The notes beneath the pieces were generated by a model, which made no database searches, had not been told where the DNA came from, and saw only the letters and a list, made by a program, of their open reading frames with translations. A program made the translations under genes and the position numbers. This document shows positions 35,001 through 42,732 of a DNA stretch of 49,783 bases, piece by piece; position 1 is the stretch's first letter, and the number at the start of each line of letters is the position of its first letter. Source of the DNA: a bacterium (lineage in GTDB: Bacteria > Planctomycetota > UBA1135 > GCA-002686595); assembly GCA_030426785.1 (NCBI GenBank), contig JAUHXY010000001.1, forward strand, positions 1-49,783, in the 5' to 3' direction.

Positions 35001-35096
35001 AACCGATCCGAAGACGAGGAACCCGCTCCGTTGCCCGAGCCTCAACAGGCCACGATCGTCGCCGGCCAAACCGCGCAGACGACGCTCAAGCCCTGA
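32067..35096 (+). CDS. Large (1009 aa) membrane-anchored/exported protein with multiple carboxypeptidase-regulatory-like (CarboxypepD_reg) beta-sandwich repeats
   Basis: ATG preceded by AAGGAG. N-terminal hydrophobic anchor LLPLFLLVLVIAGAYFL. Recurrent repeat openers (LRGRVVDAQGAPVEGVRVHL, LEGRILDERGAGIAGVRLY, VVATVRDADGEPVVGIPVKC, IEGFLREDGVPLVGARVSL, IAGRVTDESGTPLPGMTVSV, LQVTVLDAAGDPVAHALLRV). Confidence 0.8.
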   Translation: MSPRTLLPLFLLVLVIAGAYFLSRGPQSDPTDTANPSGTTALDESGEAVEPADLRNANTALVGQSEPGAAREVIPEDIEESSSAAATPVAHRLRGRVVDAQGAPVEGVRVHLGERSTRMVMSGSDPDAWQVQAVSDRNGEFDLATEQAAKYSLKLRKSGFVPFEQTVTVEDQPETRLGDVELAFAMVLEGRILDERGAGIAGVRLYRPAEGSNIVVFGDGAQNHLTESAADGSFRLDTLAPGPWRILAEHGSHRDRVFTGELPTGHRASGLMWTLQDGLSLRGQVQNIPADAPDDLVVRAEMQREMDAADALGATTEGFFLSPITVPLSTTGTFELRGLHLNKIYELGLYTADRAQSLWLDPSSKLTEPRSVPSSAGQVELTWSPKSSLRMTVVDARTQEPITDYSLEPGNWDLLGLFANNLEGKKPDGVAELEGIPASQTGFALTITAPGYDALEIPSVDLRKGQTTDLGIIALTRGALAKIQVVEAGTGKPVSKANVIVGKSGQEGVMDFAFAVEGGPVLGGRTFRARTDDAGIAEVQFHAGVPCSLSVRRSGFANQKLTNLTLDGYQDQPLVVKLTEGGTVVATVRDADGEPVVGIPVKCEPVKAPVSAGPRSERRVMATAMVGGPGTGGPVTNAQGVITFENLAPGDYECVVQIPGAEELEDLIIVMDSGEEVSETSGEGTRVTVLEGETTQVELYAPTLATIEGFLREDGVPLVGARVSLGEPELGPMRRFGGEGPADRTDAKGFYRLQNVKPGTHTLVIDHDLRVMPVEFEEEIVEGLNTISKDLVVTTIAGRVTDESGTPLPGMTVSVEEASEGTRREVAISVSVSSDDDGAVSSSTVMGTGRKPIVTDEEGRFRLRGVKAGVPIQVVARGDDWHETRSQRMTLTEGALREGVLLKASPAGRLQVTVLDAAGDPVAHALLRVTPVVPGGDPNQPAGPPEMGVTNAAGVATFAGLKPGTVLVAVDQVLSLGPNRSEDEEPAPLPEPQQATIVAGQTAQTTLKP

Positions 35097-35118
35097 GAGC
35101 GTTCGCATGCAAACGCAC

Positions 35119-35160
35119 GGGTTGGCGTGACCGATCAGCCACGCCAACCCGGTTGTTTGA
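35119..35160. terminator. Hairpin terminator between convergent genes
   Basis: GGGTTGGCGTG (35119-35129) pairs with CACGCCAACCC (35140-35150), an 11-bp stem, followed by GGTTGTTTG. Confidence 0.55.
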
Positions 35161-35163
35161 GCC

Positions 35164-36546
35164 CTAGGAAACCACTTGCAAGTGCTGGGTCGTGGTCCAG
35201 TCCCCGCGAGTGAAGTCGGGGAAGAGTTGCGGGGCACCGCCGTTGGCGACGGAAGCCTCGCTCAGGGGAGCCACCGCGCTCCATGCGGCTCCCTCGTACA
35301 CGTTTTGATCGAGGGGCAGTCCGTTGCGCAGGCAGTAGACCATGCGCCACAACATGATGAAATCCATGCCTCCGTGTCCGCCAGCGCGTTTGGCTTCTTC
35401 GCCGACCCGGCGATAGAGGGGATGCTCGTAGCGATCGTAGGTGGCTTGTAGTTCTTCGCCTTGGGTCCATTGATGGACGCCTTGGCCCTCCGGGTCGAGC
35501 GCCACCCGGGTGGGAAAGCCCGCCAACGTGCCTCGGGTCCCCGAGATCAGATTCAAGCGCGAGTAGGGCCGGGGTGAGGTCGTGTCGTGCTGCACCAAGA
35601 TCGTCCTCCCCCGTAGGGTCTTGATGATGGCGGTGTTCATGTCACCGCAGACGTAATCCTGGTTGCGACGGGGGTGATCGGCTTCAAAATCACGCTCGGC
35701 TTGCAGAGCGCGACCGAACGCGGGCGAGCTAAAGGAAACCAAGCGCTCCATGCGATCGAGGCCCCGCTCACAACCCATGTACTGCGCGACCGGTCCCAAA
35801 CCGTGGGTGGGGTAGAGGTTGCCGTTGCGCTGGACGTGATGATCGACCCGCCAGACGCCTTCGCCCGACTCGAGTTCGCGCATCTGCCACCGCAAATCGT
35901 GGATGTAGGCGGCTTCGCCGTGGGTCAGTTCCCCGATCACTCCCTGACGCACCATGTTGAGGAAGAGCAGCTCTTCCCGCCCATAGTTCACGTTCTCCAT
36001 CATCATGCAGTGCCGTTGCGTCTGCTCAGAAACATCCACGAGTCGCCACATCTCCTCGAGGGTGACCGCCAGCGGAACTTCGAGGAAGGCGTGGGCTCCC
36101 GCTTGCATCGTCGCGACGCCCATGGGCGCGTGCCAGCGCCACGGAGTCGAGATGAGGACCGCATCCATGGGGACTTCGGTCAGCATGCGCTCGTAGGCGT
36201 ATTCGTCGTCCGAGTACACGGCCGGTGCGGTGCGGCCAGCCTGAGTGCAGCGCTGTGCGGCCGCGGCGGCTCGGTCGGCTTTCAGGTCGCAGACCGCGAC
36301 CACCTCGACTCCTTCCATCAGCAGCATCTGGGCTACGTGACCCATCCCGCGCCCGCCGGTGCCGATGAAGCCGACTCGCACCCGCTCCAGCGGCTCCGCT
36401 GCGAAGTCGCCCATGTACCGGGCCGCGCTGATGCGCGCTCGCGGTGCTCCGGTGGTCGTACAGGCTCCGAGCCCGGTCGCGACGGCCCCCAGCCCAACGG
36501 TGGTTTTCAGAAACTGACGACGGGAGGGGTCGGGTTGGTTTCGCAT
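35164..36546 (-). CDS. Gfo/Idh/MocA-family NAD-dependent oxidoreductase, GH109-like, with Tat signal
   Basis: 460 aa from ATG 36546. Tat leader SRRQFLKTTVGLGAVATGLGA. Rossmann motif RVGFIGTGGRGMGH. The GH109-like body includes STPWRWHAPM, EVPLAVTLEE, MMMENVNYGREELL. Confidence 0.85.
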   Translation of the reverse strand: MRNQPDPSRRQFLKTTVGLGAVATGLGACTTTGAPRARISAARYMGDFAAEPLERVRVGFIGTGGRGMGHVAQMLLMEGVEVVAVCDLKADRAAAAAQRCTQAGRTAPAVYSDDEYAYERMLTEVPMDAVLISTPWRWHAPMGVATMQAGAHAFLEVPLAVTLEEMWRLVDVSEQTQRHCMMMENVNYGREELLFLNMVRQGVIGELTHGEAAYIHDLRWQMRELESGEGVWRVDHHVQRNGNLYPTHGLGPVAQYMGCERGLDRMERLVSFSSPAFGRALQAERDFEADHPRRNQDYVCGDMNTAIIKTLRGRTILVQHDTTSPRPYSRLNLISGTRGTLAGFPTRVALDPEGQGVHQWTQGEELQATYDRYEHPLYRRVGEEAKRAGGHGGMDFIMLWRMVYCLRNGLPLDQNVYEGAAWSAVAPLSEASVANGGAPQLFPDFTRGDWTTTQHLQVVS

Positions 36547-36736
36547 GCGCTCATTAGAAACGGTGACCCAGCAGGGTGGCAAACAGGGAAGCCTGGGGTT
36601 TGAAGGGCGGGTGGCTTGCGGGAGAAGCGCGGCAAGGCCACGTCCCAAATCGGAGTCCCCGCCAGCCTGCGCAGAGCGCCTAGATCCTGTTTGCTAGCAT
36701 GCGACCGGCCCCTCCTGCCCGAGGGCTGGCAAACCT

Positions 36737-37873
36737 GTGTTCAAGAAACTGCTGCTCCTCCTGGTGTCCACTGCGGTGGCCCTTGTTCTGGCCGAAATCG
36801 GCGTGCGTTGGTGGGCACCGAGCCACTACTTCGTCACCATCCATCAGGACCCGGACTTTGAAACTCGGTTGGCCAAGGAGCGCGCCGAGCCAGCTGCTTT
36901 CACCTTCGAGAAGGCACCCGGCGCAGGTTTTTTTGTGCGTACGCCCGCTGGGATTCGCATGCGCGCGAACAGCGAAGTCGTGATCGAAAGACACCGCTTG
37001 CACGGCCGGGAGGTACGGATTCGGACCAACGAGTGGGGCTTGCGCGGCGGCCCGATCGGTACGAAGCAGCATCCGCGGGCGTTGTTTCTGGGCGACTCGA
37101 TTGTGGTAGCCGAGTATCTCAATGAGGAGGACACCCTGACGGCACGGGTGGAGGCACGGGCTCGAGCCGACGGCCGACCCCTGGAGTTTCTCAACGGGGG
37201 GGTCAGCGCCGTGGGCTTGCAAAACGAGCTCGCCATGTTGACCGAACTAGGCCCGCACCTGAATCTCGACGTGGTCGTGCTCGGCTTCTACCTGAACGAC
37301 TTTCAAAACTCGTCGGGCATGCGCATTTGGAGTCTGCCGAAGAGTTTGTTCGGCAGTCAGTTGGCGCGCTTGGTCGCCAGTCGCATCCCCGGAGTACTCC
37401 AGCGCAACGACGAGGAGGCCGTTTCCGACACCGAAGTATTCGCCTGGCTCGACGCCGTGGAAGAGCGTTACCCCAGCAATACCCCGGGGCCCGAACAAGC
37501 GTTCAACCGGGAGATCCAGCGCTACTTTACAGACTGGGGTAGCTCCTACAGCGATGCGGTTTGGCTGCGCCTCGACCCCTTGTTGCGTCAGTTAGCCGAT
37601 CTGTGCGAACAGCACGATTGGCAGTTGTTGTGGGTGGTTTTCCCCTGTTCGTACCAGGTTACGAACGAAAGTTTGCGGGACGAGCCCCAGCGCAAGTTGG
37701 CGGCGATCGCCGCCGACCTCGGCATTCCGTTGTTCGATCCTTTAGTGCGTCTGCGCGCCCTCGAGTGGCCAGCGGAAGAACTGTTTCTGGACCAGTGCCA
37801 CCACACCGCCCGCGGGAGTCGTGTGATCGCGGATTGGTTGTACGAGTGGCTCGATCCTCGGATCGTGCGGTAA
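36737..37873 (+). CDS. SGNH/GDSL-family hydrolase, membrane-anchored
   Basis: 378 aa, GTG start. N-terminal TM (LLLLLVSTAVALVLAEI). Block I is LFLGDSIV, with GG and YLNDF blocks and a terminal DQCHHT (DxxH) block. Confidence 0.75.
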   Translation: MFKKLLLLLVSTAVALVLAEIGVRWWAPSHYFVTIHQDPDFETRLAKERAEPAAFTFEKAPGAGFFVRTPAGIRMRANSEVVIERHRLHGREVRIRTNEWGLRGGPIGTKQHPRALFLGDSIVVAEYLNEEDTLTARVEARARADGRPLEFLNGGVSAVGLQNELAMLTELGPHLNLDVVVLGFYLNDFQNSSGMRIWSLPKSLFGSQLARLVASRIPGVLQRNDEEAVSDTEVFAWLDAVEERYPSNTPGPEQAFNREIQRYFTDWGSSYSDAVWLRLDPLLRQLADLCEQHDWQLLWVVFPCSYQVTNESLRDEPQRKLAAIAADLGIPLFDPLVRLRALEWPAEELFLDQCHHTARGSRVIADWLYEWLDPRIVR

Positions 37874-37916
37874 AGGGGTTTCGTTGGATCGAGCGAGATC
37901 GCTCGATTGGCGTGCG

Positions 37917-37958
37917 AAGGTGCGGTTGCCTTTGTGACCGACCTTTTCGTTTTTTTTG
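37917..37958 (+). terminator. Rho-independent terminator after the SGNH hydrolase gene
   Basis: AAGGTGCGGT ... ACCGACCTT forms an imperfect stem (one bulge), followed by TTCGTTTTTTTT (37946-37957). Confidence 0.65.
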
Positions 37959-38110
37959 TGAACGTGGTTGGACCTGCGTTGCACGCGAGCGCTCCATGCA
38001 AAGCAGCTCAGAATTCTGGACTCCACGAGTCACGGGCCACTGCGAACGGCGTAGTGCTGGCCTCTGCAGCGCAGCGCTGCTCCTCCTGAAGTCCCTACCC
38101 CAATCTTTCC

Positions 38111-39271
38111 ATGCAACGAATGAAGTTGTTACTGCCTTTCATGGGCCTCGCCGCAAGCGGCGTGGTACTGGCACAAGAAACCCGCGTTCACGTTCTCCTC
38201 GAAAACCTAGCTCCGTCCAACGGCACCTTCCAAACCCCGGTGTGGGTTGGATTTCACGACGGTGCGTTCGACCTGTACGACCCTGGAACGCTAGCGAGCA
38301 GCCTGCCGATCGCCGGTAGCCAAGCGATCGAAAGCATCGCGGAAGACGGCAACGCCGGTCCCCTGTCCGCCGACTTTGCCACCCTGGGATTCGGTCAGAC
38401 CCAAGGCATGTTGTTTGGGCCGGGCGGGCCGATCGCTCCCGGCGAGTCCGCTTCCGAGACTTTTTTGCTCGACGCGGGGGCGCCCAGCGACCGCTACTTC
38501 TCGTACGCATCGATGGTGATTCCCAGCAACGACGCCTTCATTGCGAACGGCAATCCCGTGGCACACCCGGTGTTCGACGATCTGGGCAACTTCATCGCCG
38601 AACCTTTTTTCGTGAGCGGTCCCGGTGGCGTGCGCGATGCGGGCACCGAGGCGAACGACGAGCTCCCCGCGAACACCGCGTTTTTTGGGCAAATGGCCCC
38701 CAATACGGGCGTGACGACCTCGATGCCCATCGTCCAGCACCCCGGCTTCAACCCGGCGGGCCTGGGCGGCATTTTGGATGACCCCCGTTTTCGCAACGGT
38801 CAGTTCGCCCATCCGGGTTATCCCTTCGTGCGCGTGAGCTTCCAGGCATCGCCGGCGGTGACCGACTTTCAGTTGTTCCAAGCGCGCATTGCGGGCTTCA
38901 ACGAGGTGCCGGTGGTCCAAACGGATGCGTTTGGACTGGCGAGCGCGATCTTGCTGGAAGGCGGCACGCGCCTGGTCGTGATCGTGCAGACCCTCGGTTT
39001 GGAAGACTTGGTGGCTGGGCACCTGCATATGGCGTTGCCCGGTTCGAATGGGCCGGTGGTTGCGAATTTGCTCATGGAGCCCGCAAACCCCATGGGGGGC
39101 GCGGATCTTTTCCTCGCGGAAATCAACACGGGAGACCTGTTGGGTCCCCTGGCCGATTTCCCGCTGGACGAGTTGATGCACCGCATGGACTTGGGCCGCA
39201 TCTACGTCAACTTGCACTCCAGCGCTCATCCGAACGGTGAGATCCGCGGCCAGTTGCTGCGGATCCAGTAG
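38111..39271 (+). CDS. Exported spondin_N domain + CHRD domain fusion protein
   Basis: 386 aa; signal peptide LLLPFMGLAASGVVLAQ. The N-terminal half is spondin_N-like (LAPSNGTFQTPVWVGFHDGAFDLY…YFSYASMVIPSNDAFIAN). The C-terminal half is CHRD-like (NEVPVVQTDAFGLA…GHLHMALPGSNGPVV…YVNLHSSAHPNGEIRGQL). Confidence 0.8.
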   Translation: MQRMKLLLPFMGLAASGVVLAQETRVHVLLENLAPSNGTFQTPVWVGFHDGAFDLYDPGTLASSLPIAGSQAIESIAEDGNAGPLSADFATLGFGQTQGMLFGPGGPIAPGESASETFLLDAGAPSDRYFSYASMVIPSNDAFIANGNPVAHPVFDDLGNFIAEPFFVSGPGGVRDAGTEANDELPANTAFFGQMAPNTGVTTSMPIVQHPGFNPAGLGGILDDPRFRNGQFAHPGYPFVRVSFQASPAVTDFQLFQARIAGFNEVPVVQTDAFGLASAILLEGGTRLVVIVQTLGLEDLVAGHLHMALPGSNGPVVANLLMEPANPMGGADLFLAEINTGDLLGPLADFPLDELMHRMDLGRIYVNLHSSAHPNGEIRGQLLRIQ

Positions 39272-39277
39272 GAAACC

Positions 39278-39658
39278 ATGAAGCTTTGGATTCCTCTCGC
39301 TTGCCTTGGAATGGTCTTGATGGCTGGTTCGGCCCTTTGGACGGATCGAGCCGATGGACTGGAGCGTGCAGCGAGCCCTCACACGTCGCATAGGCACGCC
39401 GGCGAAGATCGATCCCCCGTCGATCGGCGCCCGGTGGCGTCCCAAGAGCGGGGGCCGAGCTTGATCCCAGCGGAGGGTGCGGCCACTCGTCAAACGGTAG
39501 CTGCCGAACGCATCGACCCCGCGCAGCTACCTTCGCGTGAAGCGTGGTTCGTCGAGGCGGAGCGCTGGCAAAGAGACCTGGCAGAAGCGCTGCGCCAGGG
39601 CGATTCTGCCAACTTGGATAAGTTTCTCTCCAATCAGCTCCCAACCGATAAGGAGTGA
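39278..39658 (+). CDS. Small exported protein (126 aa), unknown
   Basis: ATG lies 6 nt after the upstream stop. Signal/anchor MKLWIPLACLGMVLMAGSALW. The remainder is low-complexity and charged. No family recognised. Confidence 0.5.
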   Translation: MKLWIPLACLGMVLMAGSALWTDRADGLERAASPHTSHRHAGEDRSPVDRRPVASQERGPSLIPAEGAATRQTVAAERIDPAQLPSREAWFVEAERWQRDLAEALRQGDSANLDKFLSNQLPTDKE

Positions 39659-39675
39659 CGAAGTGATCTCGTTCC

Positions 39676-39711
39676 GTGCGCTGCAGGGCTTCTGGAGGTC
39701 CTGCAGCGCAC
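39676..39711 (+). terminator. Perfect 12-bp hairpin downstream of the + strand operon
   Basis: GTGCGCTGCAGG (39676-39687) pairs with CCTGCAGCGCAC (39700-39711) across a 12-nt loop. The U-tract is weak (CCTTCG). Confidence 0.5.
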
Positions 39712-39728
39712 CCTTCGTGGTCGGGACG

Positions 39729-39762
39729 AAACAAAAAGGGCGCCGCCCTAAGGGACGGCGCC
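39729..39762 (-). terminator. Rho-independent terminator for the minus-strand lipoprotein gene
   Basis: On the minus strand: GGCGCCGTCC-CTTA-GGGCGGCGCC (one mismatch), followed by CTTTTTGTTT. Confidence 0.6.
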
Positions 39763-39791
39763 GACTCTCTCAAGAATTGGATTGGGGGGAA

Positions 39792-40589
39792 CTAGAAAGG
39801 CAATTTCAAGTAGCGTTCCATCTCGTCGCCGCCGGAGCGGGTCTTGACGTGGAGGAAGGGGCGCTTGCGCTGGGGCAGCTTGGGCCGCTTGACGCAAACG
39901 ATGTACGCCTTGTAGGTACCGTTCGGCACGATCTCCTTGGGGAAGGTCGTGTAGTCGGCCGGGTCGACGTCGGCCAAGACGCGAATCTTGGGGCTGCGAT
40001 CTCCTGCGCCGGCACTGGCTTCGAAGAACACATCGCGGTGGGTGGCGATGGCTTGATCGACCCACTCCTCGACCTCATTCATCTCGATCGTGATGGCGTA
40101 GGTGGCATCCCAGGTCTGCACATCGATCAGGTTGTCGGCGCGCGAAACGCGCATTTCGCGCAGGATGCTGGGGCGTTGCACCACGTTCCATTGGCCGGCG
40201 AGCTTTTCGCCCGCTTCGGGGTGGCTCCAAATCATGCGGACCACGCCTTGGGCGGTTTGGTCGACGCGCTGGGTGCGGAACGGACTCTTGACGGTGAGTT
40301 GGGTCTCACCAGCCGGCAGGGTGATGGGGTCCGGTAGCTCTACGGCGCCATCCCCCTCGTACTCGAAGCGATAGGTCACGGTCTCGCTGTGGGCAGGGGT
40401 CGTCAGCTTGAGGGTGGGGACGATCTCCGAGCCGGCGGTCTCCCAAACCGAGGGCGTAAACTGGACTTGAGGCGCATGGATGACGGCCTGCGGGGCGGCG
40501 CCGACGCTAGCCGACGTGCGTGCGTTTTGACAGGCGACCCCCATGAGGAGGGAGGGGAGCAGCAGGGAAAGGAGGGTACGGTTGCGCAT
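39792..40589 (-). CDS. Lipoprotein (265 aa), unknown function
   Basis: ATG 40589. Signal plus lipobox MRNRTLLSLLLPSLLMGVAC. No family recognised. It has a basic C-terminus (KRPKLPQRKRPFLHVKTRSGG). Confidence 0.65.
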   Translation of the reverse strand: MRNRTLLSLLLPSLLMGVACQNARTSASVGAAPQAVIHAPQVQFTPSVWETAGSEIVPTLKLTTPAHSETVTYRFEYEGDGAVELPDPITLPAGETQLTVKSPFRTQRVDQTAQGVVRMIWSHPEAGEKLAGQWNVVQRPSILREMRVSRADNLIDVQTWDATYAITIEMNEVEEWVDQAIATHRDVFFEASAGAGDRSPKIRVLADVDPADYTTFPKEIVPNGTYKAYIVCVKRPKLPQRKRPFLHVKTRSGGDEMERYLKLPF

Positions 40590-40765
40590 GGTGTTCGGAC
40601 GGCTCCAAAGCCGATCGAGGCCGGTCGGTGATGGGCACCGAGGGGGAAACTCAGTCTTGGGTTCGGCATGGTGTGCGCCCGCCATGAGCCCAAAATGGGG
40701 CGATCGTCGGTCGTTCCGGAAAATGATTCCCACCCCTGCGAGCGCAGCACGGGCACAATGCGGCC

Positions 40766-42046
40766 ATGGGGCAGCGCAGGGACCTACGAAGCATGTTGGG
40801 CCGCCGCACCGGCTGGTTCGGGTTGGCGCTGGGGTGTGTTTTGGCCGCAGGAACGGGTCAGGCGCAAGACCCGGAAATGGGCCTGCCCTGGGACGAGCCC
40901 CTGCGCAGCGTCACCTTCGAGTTTGCGTTGGGGGATCGTCTGCACCAGGGGCGCATCACCCGGGCCCAAGAGCTTGCGCCCGTCCAGGACGCCTGGAAGG
41001 TGGTGCAGCGCTGGCCCGAAGCCCCAGCCTCCGACCGACCGCGTTTGCTTGGACGGTTACCGGCGGTGCTGATCGCTTGGGGGGATAGCAGCCCAGAGGT
41101 CTTTCACCTCGCCGGCCGCAACCAATTGCACTCGGAGCGCTGGGGACGCCTGATTCTCGCGCCGGAGGTTTTCCGAGCCATCGAACGCTGGGCCAGCGAT
41201 CAGGAAGGTGCACCCGTACGACTCGGCGTCGAAAACCCCTTCCCGGCCGAACGCATCCCGGCTTTGCGGCGCTTCCAAGGGCTCGCCGACCAGGTTTGGG
41301 TGCGCGCTCGCATGGAGGGCCCGCACGGTCCGGTCGAGTGGCACGGATCGCCTGCCTTGGATCCTCTGCGCGCGTCCTTCCACGGCCTCTACATCCCCCG
41401 CGCGAAGAGCCTCGGCAAACCCTGGGGCCATGAATTGGTGCTTTCGCCCCTCCGTCAAGCAGAACAAACCTTGCGACTTTTGGACGGCGGCCAGGAACCG
41501 ACCCGACCGCTGCACGCGGTGTTGCTGCATCACGAACGATGGGGTCCGGTCTGGGTGGCGGACGAATTCCGCGAAGCGTGGCTGGATGGGTACCGGGTGG
41601 CGAATCCGCTGGACCCGGTTCCCGAGGAACGGCAAACCCAGGAGCGCGCGGCGGCGCAACGCGCGCTGCAACTTCTGGCACAAAGCACTCCGCAACCGGT
41701 CTTGCACCGCACGACCGACTGGGACCTAGAGCGTCAGATATGGGTGCCCGTCGTGCGGGCGGTGCCCACCTCGCTCGGCGGAGCCCCGTGGACGGCCCTG
41801 TGGAAGTCCGCAAGCCTGCAGCCTTTGTCGAACGTTGCCGAGGCCGCTAGCCGTTGGCAGGACTGGCAGGCGACGGCTCCGATGCTGCTTTGGCGCGATC
41901 CTGCCGGGCGGGCTTGGACCCTGTTCGAAGGAGCGAATCAAGAGCTTTGGATGGGGCCCGCCTGGCGCGTGGACCTTTCCCAGGATCCCTGGGAGCAGAT
42001 TCTCTCCCTAGGCAGCCTGAACGAGACCGCTGGAACCCTGAAGTAG
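40766..42046 (+). CDS. Exported Trp/Arg-rich protein (426 aa), unknown function
   Basis: ATG 40766 (alternative 40793). Signal peptide GWFGLALGCVLAAGTGQAQ. No family recognised. Confidence 0.6.
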   Translation: MGQRRDLRSMLGRRTGWFGLALGCVLAAGTGQAQDPEMGLPWDEPLRSVTFEFALGDRLHQGRITRAQELAPVQDAWKVVQRWPEAPASDRPRLLGRLPAVLIAWGDSSPEVFHLAGRNQLHSERWGRLILAPEVFRAIERWASDQEGAPVRLGVENPFPAERIPALRRFQGLADQVWVRARMEGPHGPVEWHGSPALDPLRASFHGLYIPRAKSLGKPWGHELVLSPLRQAEQTLRLLDGGQEPTRPLHAVLLHHERWGPVWVADEFREAWLDGYRVANPLDPVPEERQTQERAAAQRALQLLAQSTPQPVLHRTTDWDLERQIWVPVVRAVPTSLGGAPWTALWKSASLQPLSNVAEAASRWQDWQATAPMLLWRDPAGRAWTLFEGANQELWMGPAWRVDLSQDPWEQILSLGSLNETAGTLK

Positions 42047-42112
42047 GCGCATTCCGCCGCTTCTTTTCTTCCCGAGCGCATCCGCTGGCCTATGCGCCCC
42101 GAAGAATCGGGC

Positions 42113-42694
42113 ATGAAGCTGCCGAACTGGAAGCGCCCCGGAGCTTGGCTCCGCGCCGGCGCCCTTTTGCTTGCCGCGGGCATGGCCCTGACCTGGATGG
42201 GCGCCTGCCAAAGCACCCTGCCCAATCAAAACCCTGTCGGGGAGTCCTTCCCTCGCGTCTCCGGCGAAGACCTCACCGGCGAAACGGTGGCGTTGCCCGT
42301 CGAGGGGCCCGCCGTGTACTTGGTGGGGTACAAGCAGAACGCTCAATTCGACGCCGACCGCTGGATCCTCGGCATCTTGCAGGCTGGCCTCGACCTACCG
42401 TTGTACGAAGTCCCGACCCTCAAGGGGCTCTTCCCGCGCGTCTTCGGCAACATGATCGATGAGGGCATGCGGTCGGGTATCCCGGAAGGGGATTGGCAGA
42501 GCGTCGTGACCCTCTACGGCGAGAATGCTTCGCAAATCGCGCGCTTCACGGGCACCGAAAACGGCCGCAACATGCGCGTCCTGGTGGTGGACGGCGAGGG
42601 GCAAGTGCGCTGGTTCCACGACGATGGGTATTCCGCGCGGGTGATGCTAGAGTTGCAAGCCCTCGCCCGTCAGCTCGCCGCCGCCTCCAACTAG
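42113..42694 (+). CDS. Lipoprotein (193 aa), possibly thioredoxin-like fold without CxxC
   Basis: ATG 42113 (alternative 42092). Lipobox ALTWMGAC. The redoxin-like layout (FPRVSGEDLTGETVALPV…AVYLVGY…) has no Cys where CxxC would sit. Confidence 0.55.
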   Translation: MKLPNWKRPGAWLRAGALLLAAGMALTWMGACQSTLPNQNPVGESFPRVSGEDLTGETVALPVEGPAVYLVGYKQNAQFDADRWILGILQAGLDLPLYEVPTLKGLFPRVFGNMIDEGMRSGIPEGDWQSVVTLYGENASQIARFTGTENGRNMRVLVVDGEGQVRWFHDDGYSARVMLELQALARQLAAASN

Positions 42695-42732
42695 GCTTTG
42701 CCGTGGCCAACCCAAACGCGCGAGGCCAAGTC

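Noticed and set aside
35674-36603. 309-aa + strand ORF, and similar long shadow ORFs at 38291..39493 (-), 12221..13381 (-), 9871..10656 (+) and 4077..5048 (+)
   Set aside because: All are antisense to genes with signal peptides or family motifs in the chosen frame, and all have low-complexity Arg/Gly/His-rich translations.
37888-37907. Near-palindrome ATCGAGCGAGATCGCTCGAT, just after the SGNH hydrolase stop
   Set aside because: It is a single copy lying just upstream of the terminator hairpin in the 3' UTR. It is more likely part of 3'-end structure than an operator.
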